Assembly: GCA_039586795.1 (NCBI GenBank)
Contig: JBDHJS010000026.1
Span: 25,727 to 89,726, forward strand
Source: Gemmatimonadota bacterium
GTDB lineage: Bacteria > Gemmatimonadota > Gemmatimonadetes > Palauibacterales > KS3-K002
Direction: 5' to 3'
Length of the DNA stretch: 64,000 nt
Within the stretch, counting starts at the first letter, position 1. Each line of letters starts with the position of its first letter. Of this stretch, positions 1-8,865 are shown piece by piece. Under the pieces are notes generated by a model. The model had not been told where the DNA came from. It did no database searches and saw nothing but the letters and a program-made list of their open reading frames with translations. A program made the translations under genes and the position numbers.

Positions 1-243
1 GGGATTGAGCTCCCAACCTAGACGCGAAGCCACCAGCGTCGCAGCTTCACCCAACACTTCACGGTAGGGCCGGTAGTCCGTCGCCTGGATCTGAGGTTCC
101 ACCTCGTGGTACGCCGCGATTATCGCCGGACGCTGCAAGTTGATCCCATCCTGAGACGCGGCCTTCTGAAACGCGGCGCTGATCCCGCCTTCCCAGTCAA
201 CGAGCGTGCCGTAGCAATCGAAGCTGATCGTCGTCGGGGCCAT
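1..243 (-). CDS. HAD-family hydrolase (haloacid dehalogenase type II-like), 5' part; runs off the window edge
   Basis: Manual translation from ATG at 243 gives MAPTTISFDCYGTLVDWEGGI..., containing HAD motif I (FDxxGTL). Not in the ORF track. Confidence 0.85.
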   Translation of the reverse strand, partial: MAPTTISFDCYGTLVDWEGGISAAFQKAASQDGINLQRPAIIAAYHEVEPQIQATDYRPYREVLGEAATLVASRLGWELNP

Positions 244-253
244 CTCTTATTCT

Positions 254-1459
254 TTAGGCTCCGAACTTCGCCAGCCGCAGAGCATGCGCCAGCGCCAGCG
301 GCATCAAGTCCTCCGACCGGCAGATGCCCAGTCCACCTCGCAAACAGTTCTCTTCGCCGAACGCGCTTACTTCGTCGCGGCGAGCGGTCGCCGACCAGAG
401 CAAGACCGGCACTGGGTGCCAGCTATGGCTGCGGAGCGCCGCCGGCGTGGAATGGTCGCCCGTGATGAGAAGTACATCAGGCCTCAACTCCAGGAGACGC
501 GGGATGTATCCGTCGATCTCTTCGATCGCGCCTACTTTGCGCTCGAAAGCACCATCCTCTCCAGCCTTGTCGGTGTCCTTGACGTGCACGAACGCGAAAT
601 CGTGTTCGGGCCACGTACTCTCGAGCGCCGCGAACAGATCGTCACGCGTCGGACCCACGTCGACCGAGTCCATCCCAACGAGTTTTCCTACACCCCGGTA
701 CATCGGGTATTGGGCGACTGCCACCGACCTGAGTCCAAAAACCTCCGGAAACCGCGGCCAATCCGGACGTTTGGCGAAACCGCGCAGCGTAACCATGTTT
801 GCTGGCTCGTGGCCTCTGAGTCGCTCGCCCGCCTGCCGGATGAAGTGTCGCACCAATTCCGCGGTCGGTTCAGCTTCCGCTCGGTCGGCGCCGACTTCGA
901 GTGGAGGCGCACCCGTGTATCCTGGATCGGTGTCCGTCAGCCCCTCTTGAAGCCCCGTGCCGCGCAACACCAACAAGAACCGATGCTCGCGCACCGGCTT
1001 GACAAAGCTCTCGACTCCGGGGACCTCGATGCCGCCCAGCTCTTCGCACAGCTCAGTGCATTTCTCCGTCGATATACGGCCAGCGCGGCGGTCCGTGATA
1101 TTCCCGCCTTGATCCACCGTGCAGAAGTTGCCTCGCGCCGCCAGATCGTGCTCGCCCAGCTCGAAGTCGATCCCCAGCGCCTCCAAAACGCCACGACCGA
1201 TCTGGTAACCGACCGCATCGTAACCGAACAGGCCTATGTGTCCCGGGCCGCTTCCCGGCGTTATCCCCGGGCCGACCGGCTGGTGCAGCCCCGAAACGCC
1301 CTCCGCCGCCAATCGATCCATGTTCGGCGTGTCCGCCGCCTCGAGGGCCGTCGGACCACCCGGCTCTACCGCCAGCCCTCCCAAGCCGTCCAGAACCAGA
1401 AGCAGGATCTTCGTCTCGGCTGGCGTAAGCAGTCCGCGGATCAGCTCGAGGTCAGCCAT
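254..1459 (-). CDS. apgM: 2,3-bisphosphoglycerate-independent phosphoglycerate mutase, archaeal type
   Basis: 401 aa; LVLDGLG, PGSGPGH, DRRAGRI, TGDHSTP and HSWHPVP motifs. Confidence 0.9.
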   Translation of the reverse strand: MADLELIRGLLTPAETKILLLVLDGLGGLAVEPGGPTALEAADTPNMDRLAAEGVSGLHQPVGPGITPGSGPGHIGLFGYDAVGYQIGRGVLEALGIDFELGEHDLAARGNFCTVDQGGNITDRRAGRISTEKCTELCEELGGIEVPGVESFVKPVREHRFLLVLRGTGLQEGLTDTDPGYTGAPPLEVGADRAEAEPTAELVRHFIRQAGERLRGHEPANMVTLRGFAKRPDWPRFPEVFGLRSVAVAQYPMYRGVGKLVGMDSVDVGPTRDDLFAALESTWPEHDFAFVHVKDTDKAGEDGAFERKVGAIEEIDGYIPRLLELRPDVLLITGDHSTPAALRSHSWHPVPVLLWSATARRDEVSAFGEENCLRGGLGICRSEDLMPLALAHALRLAKFGA

Positions 1460-1477
1460 GCTGCGTCCTCCGTCTTT

Positions 1478-2998
1478 CTACTCGATCAGCATCGCCGCGG
1501 CATAGAGCTCGCTGCCCAGCCACAGGTTGCCGATCCGCAGGTTCTCGTTGGGGCTGTGTTGGTTGTTGTCGTGGTTGACCATCGGGAGACTAATCGTTGG
1601 CACACCGAGCACGTCGGTGAACTGGTATAGCGGTACGCTACCCCCCGATGTCGGTATATTCAGCGTCGCCTGCCCGAAGTTCGATTCGACCGTGTTGATC
1701 AATGCCTGCGCGATCGGCAGGTCCATCGACGTTCTGAACGCAGGATACCCGTCACCCGTCGTCACTAGCGCAAGCTTGTCGTAACGCCGGCGCGTATCGA
1801 TGTTGGGCTCTTCCTCGACGACGTGATAGCCTTGCGCGCGAATATGATCGATCAGTCGCCCGACTTGCCTCTGCGGGTCAATGCTCTTGACCAGCCGCAA
1901 GTCGATCGTGGCGACGGCGACATCCGGAACTACGGTCCGTGCTTCGTCGCCGACCCACGCCGATCGCAGGCCCCTCACGTTGAGCGACGGTTGATTGATC
2001 GCCAATAACCGCTGCTCTCCCATCTCCGAACGCGCGATCGCGAACTCCTTCATCCGCTGCGCATCATCGTTCGGCGCCGCCGAAATAGCCGCCAACTCGA
2101 ATTCGCTGAGCGGTACGACGTCGTCATAGAAACCATCGATCAAGACCCGACCGGTCTCTTCGTCCTTCATCGTGGCGAGCAGCTGAGCAAGACGCATCGC
2201 CGGGTTGGGCGCCCAATTCCCATAGTGCCCGCTGTGCAGCGGCCGCAGCGGCCCGTACACGGTCACCTCGGCGCTGACGATCCCTCGTGCCCCAAACTTG
2301 AGTGTCGGCAGACCAGACGGATCCGTCGGCCCATCCGCACTCACAACCAGGTCCGCCTCCAAGAGCTCGCCGTACTGTTCGACCGCGTAACCCAGAAATT
2401 GCGAACCCGCCTCCTCGTCGCCCTCGAAGATGAACTTGAGGTTAGCGGTCGGTTCGAGCCCGGCGGAACGCAACGCATCGAGCGCCACCATCAGCGCCAC
2501 GATCGGCGATTTATCGTCCGACGCCGAGCGCGCGAAAATCCTCCAGTCCGGATCGAATCTGCCGTCGCTCGGGAAGTCGATGATCTCGCCGCTCGCCTCC
2601 AGCGGCCCGTCTCTCAGAACTGGCTCGAACGGTTCGTGACCCACCCAGCGGCTCGGATCGACGTTCTGGCCATCGTAATGAGCGTAGAACATCACCGTCT
2701 TCTCAGCCCCGGGGACACGCAACTCCCCGAAAACGTATGAGACGCCAGGCGTCTCCAGCACTCGCGTTTCGATGCCGCGGCGTTCCAACATCCCAACCAA
2801 CGCCTCAATGTCGCGCGACATATCCGAGTGGTAAGCGATGTTCGGGATGCTCAGCCAGTCCGCCAACTGTTCAACGATGGCCGCCTCATTCGCCTCACGG
2901 TACGCCCGCACGGCCTGCAAAGCCTCGGACTGTGCCGGCGCCTCTGCGCAGGCCAAGAAGACCGAGAGTACTGCGCAGATTGCGAGTCGGTGCTTCAT
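1478..2998 (-). CDS. Secreted M20/M25/M40-family metallopeptidase
   Basis: Signal-peptide-like N-terminus MKHRLAICAVLSVFLAC; YAHYDGQ, ARSASDDK, EGDEEAGS, LHSGHYG and QHSPNEN motifs. Start placed at the ATG at 2998, after GGAGGG. Confidence 0.85.
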   Translation of the reverse strand: MKHRLAICAVLSVFLACAEAPAQSEALQAVRAYREANEAAIVEQLADWLSIPNIAYHSDMSRDIEALVGMLERRGIETRVLETPGVSYVFGELRVPGAEKTVMFYAHYDGQNVDPSRWVGHEPFEPVLRDGPLEASGEIIDFPSDGRFDPDWRIFARSASDDKSPIVALMVALDALRSAGLEPTANLKFIFEGDEEAGSQFLGYAVEQYGELLEADLVVSADGPTDPSGLPTLKFGARGIVSAEVTVYGPLRPLHSGHYGNWAPNPAMRLAQLLATMKDEETGRVLIDGFYDDVVPLSEFELAAISAAPNDDAQRMKEFAIARSEMGEQRLLAINQPSLNVRGLRSAWVGDEARTVVPDVAVATIDLRLVKSIDPQRQVGRLIDHIRAQGYHVVEEEPNIDTRRRYDKLALVTTGDGYPAFRTSMDLPIAQALINTVESNFGQATLNIPTSGGSVPLYQFTDVLGVPTISLPMVNHDNNQHSPNENLRIGNLWLGSELYAAAMLIE

Positions 2999-3106
2999 GA
3001 TCCCTCCATCGTTGTCCCCATACCGAACACTGAACATCCGGCAATGCCCACTCAGCACGGAACCTCACCGCCAACGTTCAATGTGCCATGACCGATGTTC
3101 AATTGT

Positions 3107-3571
3107 TCACCCACCCGTCTCAGATGCCTCAACAACCCCAACCAAATCTCCAACCCTCACCTCACCCCCGGCCTTCACCCACGCCAACACCCCCCTCCGC
3201 CCACGTATCTCCTCTTGCAAACCATCCCGGATCTCGTCCATCAAACCACACGGCTCACAGGGGCCCGTGATCCATAACTCAACGTCTTGACCAAGTCGCA
3301 GCCGCGTGTCAGTGGGCAGCGCGGTCAGGTCGATACCCCGCGTGGTCACATTCTCTTTCACTATCGCCGTGGGTAGTCCCAGCTGCTCCAGCGTTTCTTC
3401 CTCGATCAGCAGGACCTGTCGTCGGCTGCCGGCTTTCGCGTGCCGACACCCTTCGATCCCCGTGTCGGCGACAAAGACGGCGGGCTCCACCTGCCGCATC
3501 GGAATCCCATGGCCCGGACATACCTGTAGAGAAGTGATGACTCCAGAACTACCGCCCACACCAACCTCCAA
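3107..3571 (-). CDS. MOSC domain-containing protein
   Basis: GIEGCRH, RQVLLI, KENVTTRG, CEPC and GRRGVLA motifs. Confidence 0.8.
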   Translation of the reverse strand: MEVGVGGSSGVITSLQVCPGHGIPMRQVEPAVFVADTGIEGCRHAKAGSRRQVLLIEEETLEQLGLPTAIVKENVTTRGIDLTALPTDTRLRLGQDVELWITGPCEPCGLMDEIRDGLQEEIRGRRGVLAWVKAGGEVRVGDLVGVVEASETGG

Positions 3572-3637
3572 CGTTTTGAACCGTGATTACGGTACTGTGC
3601 GTGCGGCGGTAAACTAGCGGGCCCACGCCCGGGAAGG

Positions 3638-4447
3638 CTAGAGACGGGAAGGCGGCGCCGCGAACGACGGCGCGAGGCGTTCGAGCTCGGCGACCGGCAG
3701 GTTACCCACCAGAGCGTGCTGATGGGCTCCGTCCCACCACGTCGCGACGCCCAGTCCGCGCTCCTGACCCAGGGACAGCGGTGGGAGGTTCCTGCGATTG
3801 ACCAGCTTAACGTCGTTTGCGCCCGGCTCCCCCTCGACAGCGCCGTCCAGTGGGATGACGTAGTAGGAGAATTCTCTGTCGCCCGACCGATATTCCACCA
3901 CTCCACCGCGACGCCCATTCATCAGACAGATCGTCGCCCGATGAAGCTCGAAGCCGGGTACATCAGGAGGTGGCATCGAAACGCCCAGCTCCCTGGCGAA
4001 GAACGCTCCGATCTCCTGTCGATCCGTACTACGCAGGTCCACTTGCTCAACGACGCGGCGCAAGTAGTCCTCAGCAAAAACGGTGGCGGACGATGCCGAC
4101 GATCGGCGCTCAAACAACCAGTGCCCGGTAAGACTGGCTGCGACTCCAACAAGCAGCACGGCAACTGTCGCAACGGAGAAGTACATGCGGCGCCCAAGCC
4201 GATTCTGCAGCCCGGGACCCGTCCGCTCCCTGGCCAACACCGTATAGAGACGTTCCCTGAGTTCGCGAGGCGCGCGGACACGGGGCACGGCATCACGGAT
4301 CATCTGGGCCACGCGCCGGTCGCGCTCGATGATCCAACCGCAGCCCTCGCATTCCTCAGCGTGCGTCAAAGCCTGCTCGACATCGGCATCGCTCACACGT
4401 ACGGTCTCGCCGGGCAACAGCGTTCGCTTGGTCTCTCTGCAATCCAT
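3638..4447 (-). CDS. Membrane-anchored anti-sigma factor (zinc-binding ZAS domain, TM helix, extracytoplasmic domain)
   Basis: Start MDCRET at 4447; HAEECEGC matches HxxxCxxC; hydrophobic helix FSVATVAVLLVGVAASL; lies immediately downstream of an ECF-like gene. Confidence 0.8.
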   Translation of the reverse strand: MDCRETKRTLLPGETVRVSDADVEQALTHAEECEGCGWIIERDRRVAQMIRDAVPRVRAPRELRERLYTVLARERTGPGLQNRLGRRMYFSVATVAVLLVGVAASLTGHWLFERRSSASSATVFAEDYLRRVVEQVDLRSTDRQEIGAFFARELGVSMPPPDVPGFELHRATICLMNGRRGGVVEYRSGDREFSYYVIPLDGAVEGEPGANDVKLVNRRNLPPLSLGQERGLGVATWWDGAHQHALVGNLPVAELERLAPSFAAPPSRL

Positions 4448-4449
4448 CC

Positions 4450-5001
4450 TCAGGCCTCCGCGCTTCCGATCGTGCGCACACCCAACTCGCGGGCTGCACC
4501 CTGGCTCAACATCAAGCGCGCTCGATAATGCCGGTTGCGGACCTCTTCTTCGTCTCTGCCTATCATCACCGCAATCACCGAATGCCGGAGCCGCTCCACA
4601 TCCGCCAGCCAGAGGACCAGGCGATCGCCATCCTCGAGCTGATCCCACACCTGGCTCATCCAGTCACGCAGCAGCAGGTAGCCGGGGCTACCTGGCGTGG
4701 GAAAAGGCTCAACCTCCATGCCGGCGCTTGCAAAGAGCGCCTCCTCGAGCGGGGCACCCTCCGGCGCGAGCGGGTCGCGCCCGGCGCGTTGCTCTCTTTG
4801 CAGGTAGGTCGAGACGAGTACTCCGAGCATAGCGTCCCTGAAATCGACATCGCGGTGGCCTCTCGAAAACTCGTGGAACGCTCGAATGGACGCCTCCTGC
4901 AGAAGCTCCTCAGCGTGCAGCTCGTCCATCGTGAAGCAGAGCGCGGCCGAGTAGAGATCGTCCAGATGAAAGCCGATCAGCTCTTCGAAGGTCTGTCCCA
5001 T
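4450..5001 (-). CDS. Divergent ECF sigma-70 factor-like protein
   Basis: From ATG at 5001 (MGQTFEELIGFHLDDLYSAAL..HAEELLQEA); aligns by eye with ECF regions 2 and 4, but conserved motifs are altered. Confidence 0.7.
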   Translation of the reverse strand: MGQTFEELIGFHLDDLYSAALCFTMDELHAEELLQEASIRAFHEFSRGHRDVDFRDAMLGVLVSTYLQREQRAGRDPLAPEGAPLEEALFASAGMEVEPFPTPGSPGYLLLRDWMSQVWDQLEDGDRLVLWLADVERLRHSVIAVMIGRDEEEVRNRHYRARLMLSQGAARELGVRTIGSAEA

Positions 5002-5115
5002 TGGAGGTACCCGCCTTCTCGAGGGTCCATCCGGGGCCGGGGCAGGCCCCGTCGCTTCCGTAAAAGAACATTGGGTAGGGCAAATGGTTCCCGGGGGGGG
5101 AGTTGGGGATTGTTG

Positions 5116-5312
5116 GGAATCGCAATTCGGGTCTGGGATCGTGAATTGTCGAAGCTGAGTCTGGAGTCGCTCATTCAGGGGGTGGCGAAACTGAGAACAC
5201 TTCACAGGCCCGCGAAGCCCCGACTCCGTGAATCGTTGAATCGGCTTCGACAATTCTAAGCTGACTAGAGCATTCCGATCTCGGAATCCCGAAATCGAGA
5301 TTCAAGATTCCC
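5116..5312. repeat. Long imperfect palindrome built from degenerate 7-8-mers, with inverted copies of a 19-bp motif
   Basis: GAATTGTCGAAGCTGAGTC (5143-5161) pairs with 5238-5256. Further complementary segments: GGAGTCG/CGACTCC, GGGAATC/GATTCCC, TTCGGG/CCCGAA. Confidence 0.6.
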
Positions 5313-5315
5313 ATC

Positions 5316-5351
5316 AAGAAGAAAGGCGCTTGGGGAAGCGCCTTTCTTCTT
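5316..5351 (-). terminator. Intrinsic terminator downstream of nrdJ
   Basis: Perfect 16-bp inverted repeat AAGAAGAAAGGCGCTT-GGGG-AAGCGCCTTTCTTCTT. Confidence 0.8.
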
Positions 5352-5382
5352 CTTGGCCGAACCTAGGGAAAATTGGGGGATA

Positions 5383-8037
5383 CTATCCGCACTCCGAGTA
5401 GCCACAGGCGGTGCACTTCATGCACCCCTCGGCAAACTGCAGAGAGAAGCCGCAATCAGGACACGTCTCGATCAGCGCCTTGATGTCGCGGCCGAAATGC
5501 TTGGCCGGGTCATCCATCCGGGCATTGGGCTCTATGTTGGGCCGCTCCGCCGTCAGCGTGCCGCCGTTCCCCTTCGAGCCCGTCTGCGGGTCCTTGAGGG
5601 GCAACACCTGCTGCTCGCCCTCCTTCTCTTCCAGGTACTCCTCGATGGCCTGGGCCACCGCGTCCGGCATCGAGAGAATCTTCTTCGCACCGAACCCGAC
5701 CGCCCGATCGCAGGAGATCCCGCGGATCTGCTTGCTGATCGTCGGCAGAGGCACACCGCTACGCAGCGCCAGCGAAATCAGTCGACTGATCGCTTCGCAA
5801 TCGGCCATCGCCGCGCCACCCGCCTTGCCCAGCGTCGTGAACACCTCGAACGGCCGGCCCTTTTCGTCCTCATTGATCGTCACGTAGAGCGTGCCCAGCG
5901 GCGACATCATCTTGCGCGTGATTCCGCGCAGCGTGTCGGGGCGCTCCCGAACGATCGGCTTGCTCATCAGCTCGCCTTGCTTGGCCGACAGCTCCCGCTT
6001 CAGCCGTTCGTTCTCTTTGTCCAGCTTGTTCAGTTCGGCGCGGAGCTCATCGAGCTCCTTTCCGAGCTGCATGTTTGCAAGCTCGGCCTCGGAGGCGACT
6101 CCAGCATCCCCTGCCACGTCTTCGCCCTTCCGCCCAACCTCCGAGACCGAGCTCACTCCGGTAACATCGTGAGTCTTCACGACTGCCTCTGCTGTTTTAC
6201 CCGTGGACAGCACCTGTCCTTCGCGCGACCCGTCGCGATAGACGGTTACTCCTTTACAGCCCAGCCTGTGGGCAAGCTCGTAGATAGAGCGCACGTAGTT
6301 GGGACTAGAATCTGCGGGGAAGTTGCAGGTCTTGGAGATGGCGCTGTCCACGAAAGTCTGATACGCGGCCTGCATCATGACGTGCTGTTCTGGCGTCACA
6401 TCGTGCGCCGTGACGAAAACACTTTGCACGTCCTCAGGCACTTCGTCGAAATGAATGTGGCCCTCACACGCGATCCGCTCCATTAGTTGATCCGAGTACC
6501 ACCCCTGCCGACGTGCGAGGGCCACAAAGTCCTTGTTCACATCGGGCATCAACGTGCCCGCCTGATTCCGCATGAACGCCACCGCGAACAGCGGCTCGAT
6601 ACCGCCCGAGCAGTCCGCGATGATCGATATCGTTCCTGTGGGCGCGACGGTCGTCAGATTGCAGTTGCGCAGCCGACGCTCCGGTCGTACGCGATTGCCG
6701 TTCGCATCACGCGCGCACGTCTGGTCGGGACCCCAGATCGATTTCTCCCATTCCGGGAACACGCTCCGGGACGTCGCCGCCAGCTGCTCCGACTTCACCT
6801 TCGCTTCTTCGTCGACGAAATGCATCACCCGCTCGGCCAGGTCGAACGACTCTTGCGAGCCGTAGGGAATCCCCAGCTGCACCAGCATGTCGGCCCAACC
6901 CATCACGCCGAGCCCGATCCGCCGGATTCGCTGCGCCAGATCCGTGATCTCCGGCAGCGGGTAGCGGTTCGCGTCAATCACGTTGTCGAGGAAGTGCGTC
7001 GAGACATGAACCGTCTCGCGGAGTCGATCCCAGTCGATCATTCCGTCCGTTACGAACGCGCCCAGGTTCACCGAACCCAGGTTGCAAACGTCGAACGGAA
7101 GAAGCGGCTGCTCACCGCACGGGTTTGTCGCCTCGTATGAACCCAGGTGAGGAACCGGGTTGAAGTAGTTGGCCCGATCGACGAAGAACACGCCCGGCTC
7201 TCCGTTCTGCCACGCACCTTCGACTATCGCGTCGAATACGTCGCGAGCTCGCAGCCGTTCGATCACTTCGCCCTTCCGCGGACTGACCACCGCATACTCG
7301 TCATCCGCCTCCACCGCTCGCATGAATTCGTCTGTCACAGCGACGGAGATGTTGAAGTTCGTGACCCGACTGGTGTCTCGCTTGCAGTTGATGAACTTCA
7401 GTATGTCCGGATGGTCTACGCGCAGGATCCCCATGTTCGCGCCACGGCGAGTACCACCCTGCTTCACCGCTTCGGTCGAAGCGTCGTAGACCTCCATGAA
7501 GGATACTGGTCCGGAGGCGACACCCATCGTCGACCTCACCACATCACCACTGGGCCGGAGCCGCGAAAATCCGAACCCGGTGCCACCTCCGGATTGATGA
7601 ATTAGCGCCATGTTGCGCAGCGTCGTGTAGATCCCCTCCAGGGAATCCTCCACCGGCAACACGAAGCACGCCGACAGCTGGCCCAACGGACGACCCGCGT
7701 TCATCAACGTCGGGGAGTTCGGCATGAACTGCCCGTTGGCCATTATGTGATAGAACTGCTCCGCCGATTCTTGTGCCTCTGAACCGTCTGCCCCGTACTG
7801 TAGGTCCACCGACCCGATCGTCCGCGCAACACGCCAGAACAACTCGCGCGGCGTCTCCACCGGACGCATCTCGTCGTCCTTCACCAGATAACGACGCTCC
7901 AATACCGTCAGCGCGTTCTCCGTTAGATCCGGATCGGGTAGGTCCGCCGGCGGCAAGACCGGAAGGTCTACATCCTTGCGCGCCGCTATTGTCGTCGTTG
8001 TACGAGAGCTGTCGGATCCAGTCGGTTCAGTCTGCAA
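5383..8037 (-). CDS. nrdJ: Adenosylcobalamin-dependent (class II) ribonucleotide reductase with C-terminal TSCPD and Zn-ribbon domains
   Basis: PNSPTLMN, QLSACFV, TNPCGEQ, CNLGS, TVAPTGT and VTVYRDGSR motifs; C-terminal CPDC..CTAC..SEC. Exact start is uncertain. Confidence 0.93.
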   Translation of the reverse strand: MQTEPTGSDSSRTTTTIAARKDVDLPVLPPADLPDPDLTENALTVLERRYLVKDDEMRPVETPRELFWRVARTIGSVDLQYGADGSEAQESAEQFYHIMANGQFMPNSPTLMNAGRPLGQLSACFVLPVEDSLEGIYTTLRNMALIHQSGGGTGFGFSRLRPSGDVVRSTMGVASGPVSFMEVYDASTEAVKQGGTRRGANMGILRVDHPDILKFINCKRDTSRVTNFNISVAVTDEFMRAVEADDEYAVVSPRKGEVIERLRARDVFDAIVEGAWQNGEPGVFFVDRANYFNPVPHLGSYEATNPCGEQPLLPFDVCNLGSVNLGAFVTDGMIDWDRLRETVHVSTHFLDNVIDANRYPLPEITDLAQRIRRIGLGVMGWADMLVQLGIPYGSQESFDLAERVMHFVDEEAKVKSEQLAATSRSVFPEWEKSIWGPDQTCARDANGNRVRPERRLRNCNLTTVAPTGTISIIADCSGGIEPLFAVAFMRNQAGTLMPDVNKDFVALARRQGWYSDQLMERIACEGHIHFDEVPEDVQSVFVTAHDVTPEQHVMMQAAYQTFVDSAISKTCNFPADSSPNYVRSIYELAHRLGCKGVTVYRDGSREGQVLSTGKTAEAVVKTHDVTGVSSVSEVGRKGEDVAGDAGVASEAELANMQLGKELDELRAELNKLDKENERLKRELSAKQGELMSKPIVRERPDTLRGITRKMMSPLGTLYVTINEDEKGRPFEVFTTLGKAGGAAMADCEAISRLISLALRSGVPLPTISKQIRGISCDRAVGFGAKKILSMPDAVAQAIEEYLEEKEGEQQVLPLKDPQTGSKGNGGTLTAERPNIEPNARMDDPAKHFGRDIKALIETCPDCGFSLQFAEGCMKCTACGYSECG

Positions 8038-8193
8038 TGGTCATATAGTCGCAAAAAATGAAAGGCCTATCGCGCTCGTCCGCGCCTCTCCACTACAAGC
8101 ACTGCACTTTTTGTCAGTTTGATACGGGTCCCCGGTCCGGCCTCCGTACGACGGCGGGGGAAGGAGGCCCAGCACCTGCTCGCCTTGGGTCCG

Positions 8194-8241
8194 GCACAAT
8201 ATATGGTGCTTTGTTCAACTGCGCGCCCCAAAATATGGGGC
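8194..8241. promoter_or_regulatory. Tandem NrdR boxes
   Basis: GCACAATATATGGTGC (8194-8209) and CCCCAAAATATGGGGC (8226-8241) fit the consensus acaCwAtATaTwGtgt, are 32 bp apart, and lie upstream of nrdJ. Confidence 0.85.
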
Positions 8242-8258
8242 CATCCCCGAATTGTCAA
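8230..8258 (-). promoter_or_regulatory. Sigma70 promoter of nrdJ, overlapping the second NrdR box
   Basis: TTGACA-N17-TATTTT on the minus strand. Confidence 0.7.
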
Positions 8259-8289
8259 GTATTTCTTTGCTTCTCAGACATCGGGGGTC

Positions 8290-8832
8290 TTAATTATTGG
8301 CCTGCTTGGACTTAGGCGCCGGTACCATCGCCGCCGAGAATTCGCCCGCGCCATGCGCTCGCGCCAGCCTCAGATAGTCCTCCACCGTGTACTCGATACG
8401 GCCACGCAACTCTTCATCGACCGGTCGCACCACTTTCGCAGGCACCCCCATGACGAGCGATCCGGCCGGCACACGCATGCCTTCCGTGATCAGCGCACCC
8501 GCAGCAACCACGGACCCGGTCTCGATGACCGCGCCGCTGAGTACGATGGAGCCCATACCAATGAGGCACTCATCCTCGATCACACACCCGTGCAACAGGC
8601 ACCGATGGCCAACGCCGACGCGCGCTCCAATTCGAGTCGGGAGACCGGGGTCGATGTGGAGAATGGAGTTATCCTGGATGTTGGTCGCTTCGCCTATGGT
8701 GATCGGCTCTATGTCGCCGCGCACGACAGCCCCAAACCAAACACTGGCGTCCTTGGCGATGGTTACGCGACCCACTACGGTGGCGTTGGGCGCAATGAAG
8801 GCATCGGGATGAACCTCTGGAACGTGGGGCAA
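8290..8832 (-). CDS. Gamma carbonic anhydrase family protein
   Basis: Hexapeptide repeats; VRGD, NIQDNSILH and GHRCLLHGC motifs; TTG start 5 nt after GGAGG. Confidence 0.88.
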   Translation of the reverse strand: MPHVPEVHPDAFIAPNATVVGRVTIAKDASVWFGAVVRGDIEPITIGEATNIQDNSILHIDPGLPTRIGARVGVGHRCLLHGCVIEDECLIGMGSIVLSGAVIETGSVVAAGALITEGMRVPAGSLVMGVPAKVVRPVDEELRGRIEYTVEDYLRLARAHGAGEFSAAMVPAPKSKQANN

Positions 8833-8865
8833 AGGAACCTCCGTTGGAAAAGATGAAGAAGAACA

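Noticed and set aside
284..1630. Long antisense ORFs (e.g. 284-1630, 5353-6486, 62098-63291 on +)
   Set aside because: Shadow frames of well-supported minus-strand genes in high-GC DNA; Arg-rich, with no recognisable motifs
5175..5210. GGGGGTGGCGAAACTGAGAACAC as a TPP riboswitch, or its reverse complement as an IS3-like end
   Set aside because: The downstream TPP core (CCTGAT...AGCGxAGGGA) is missing, and there is no transposase or second IS end
5383..8037. Intein in nrdJ
   Set aside because: Catalytic motifs are contiguous; no C..HN splice junctions or LAGLIDADG motifs
8040..8230. Cobalamin riboswitch in the nrdJ leader
   Set aside because: No B12-box or conserved core found; regulation is explained by the NrdR boxes
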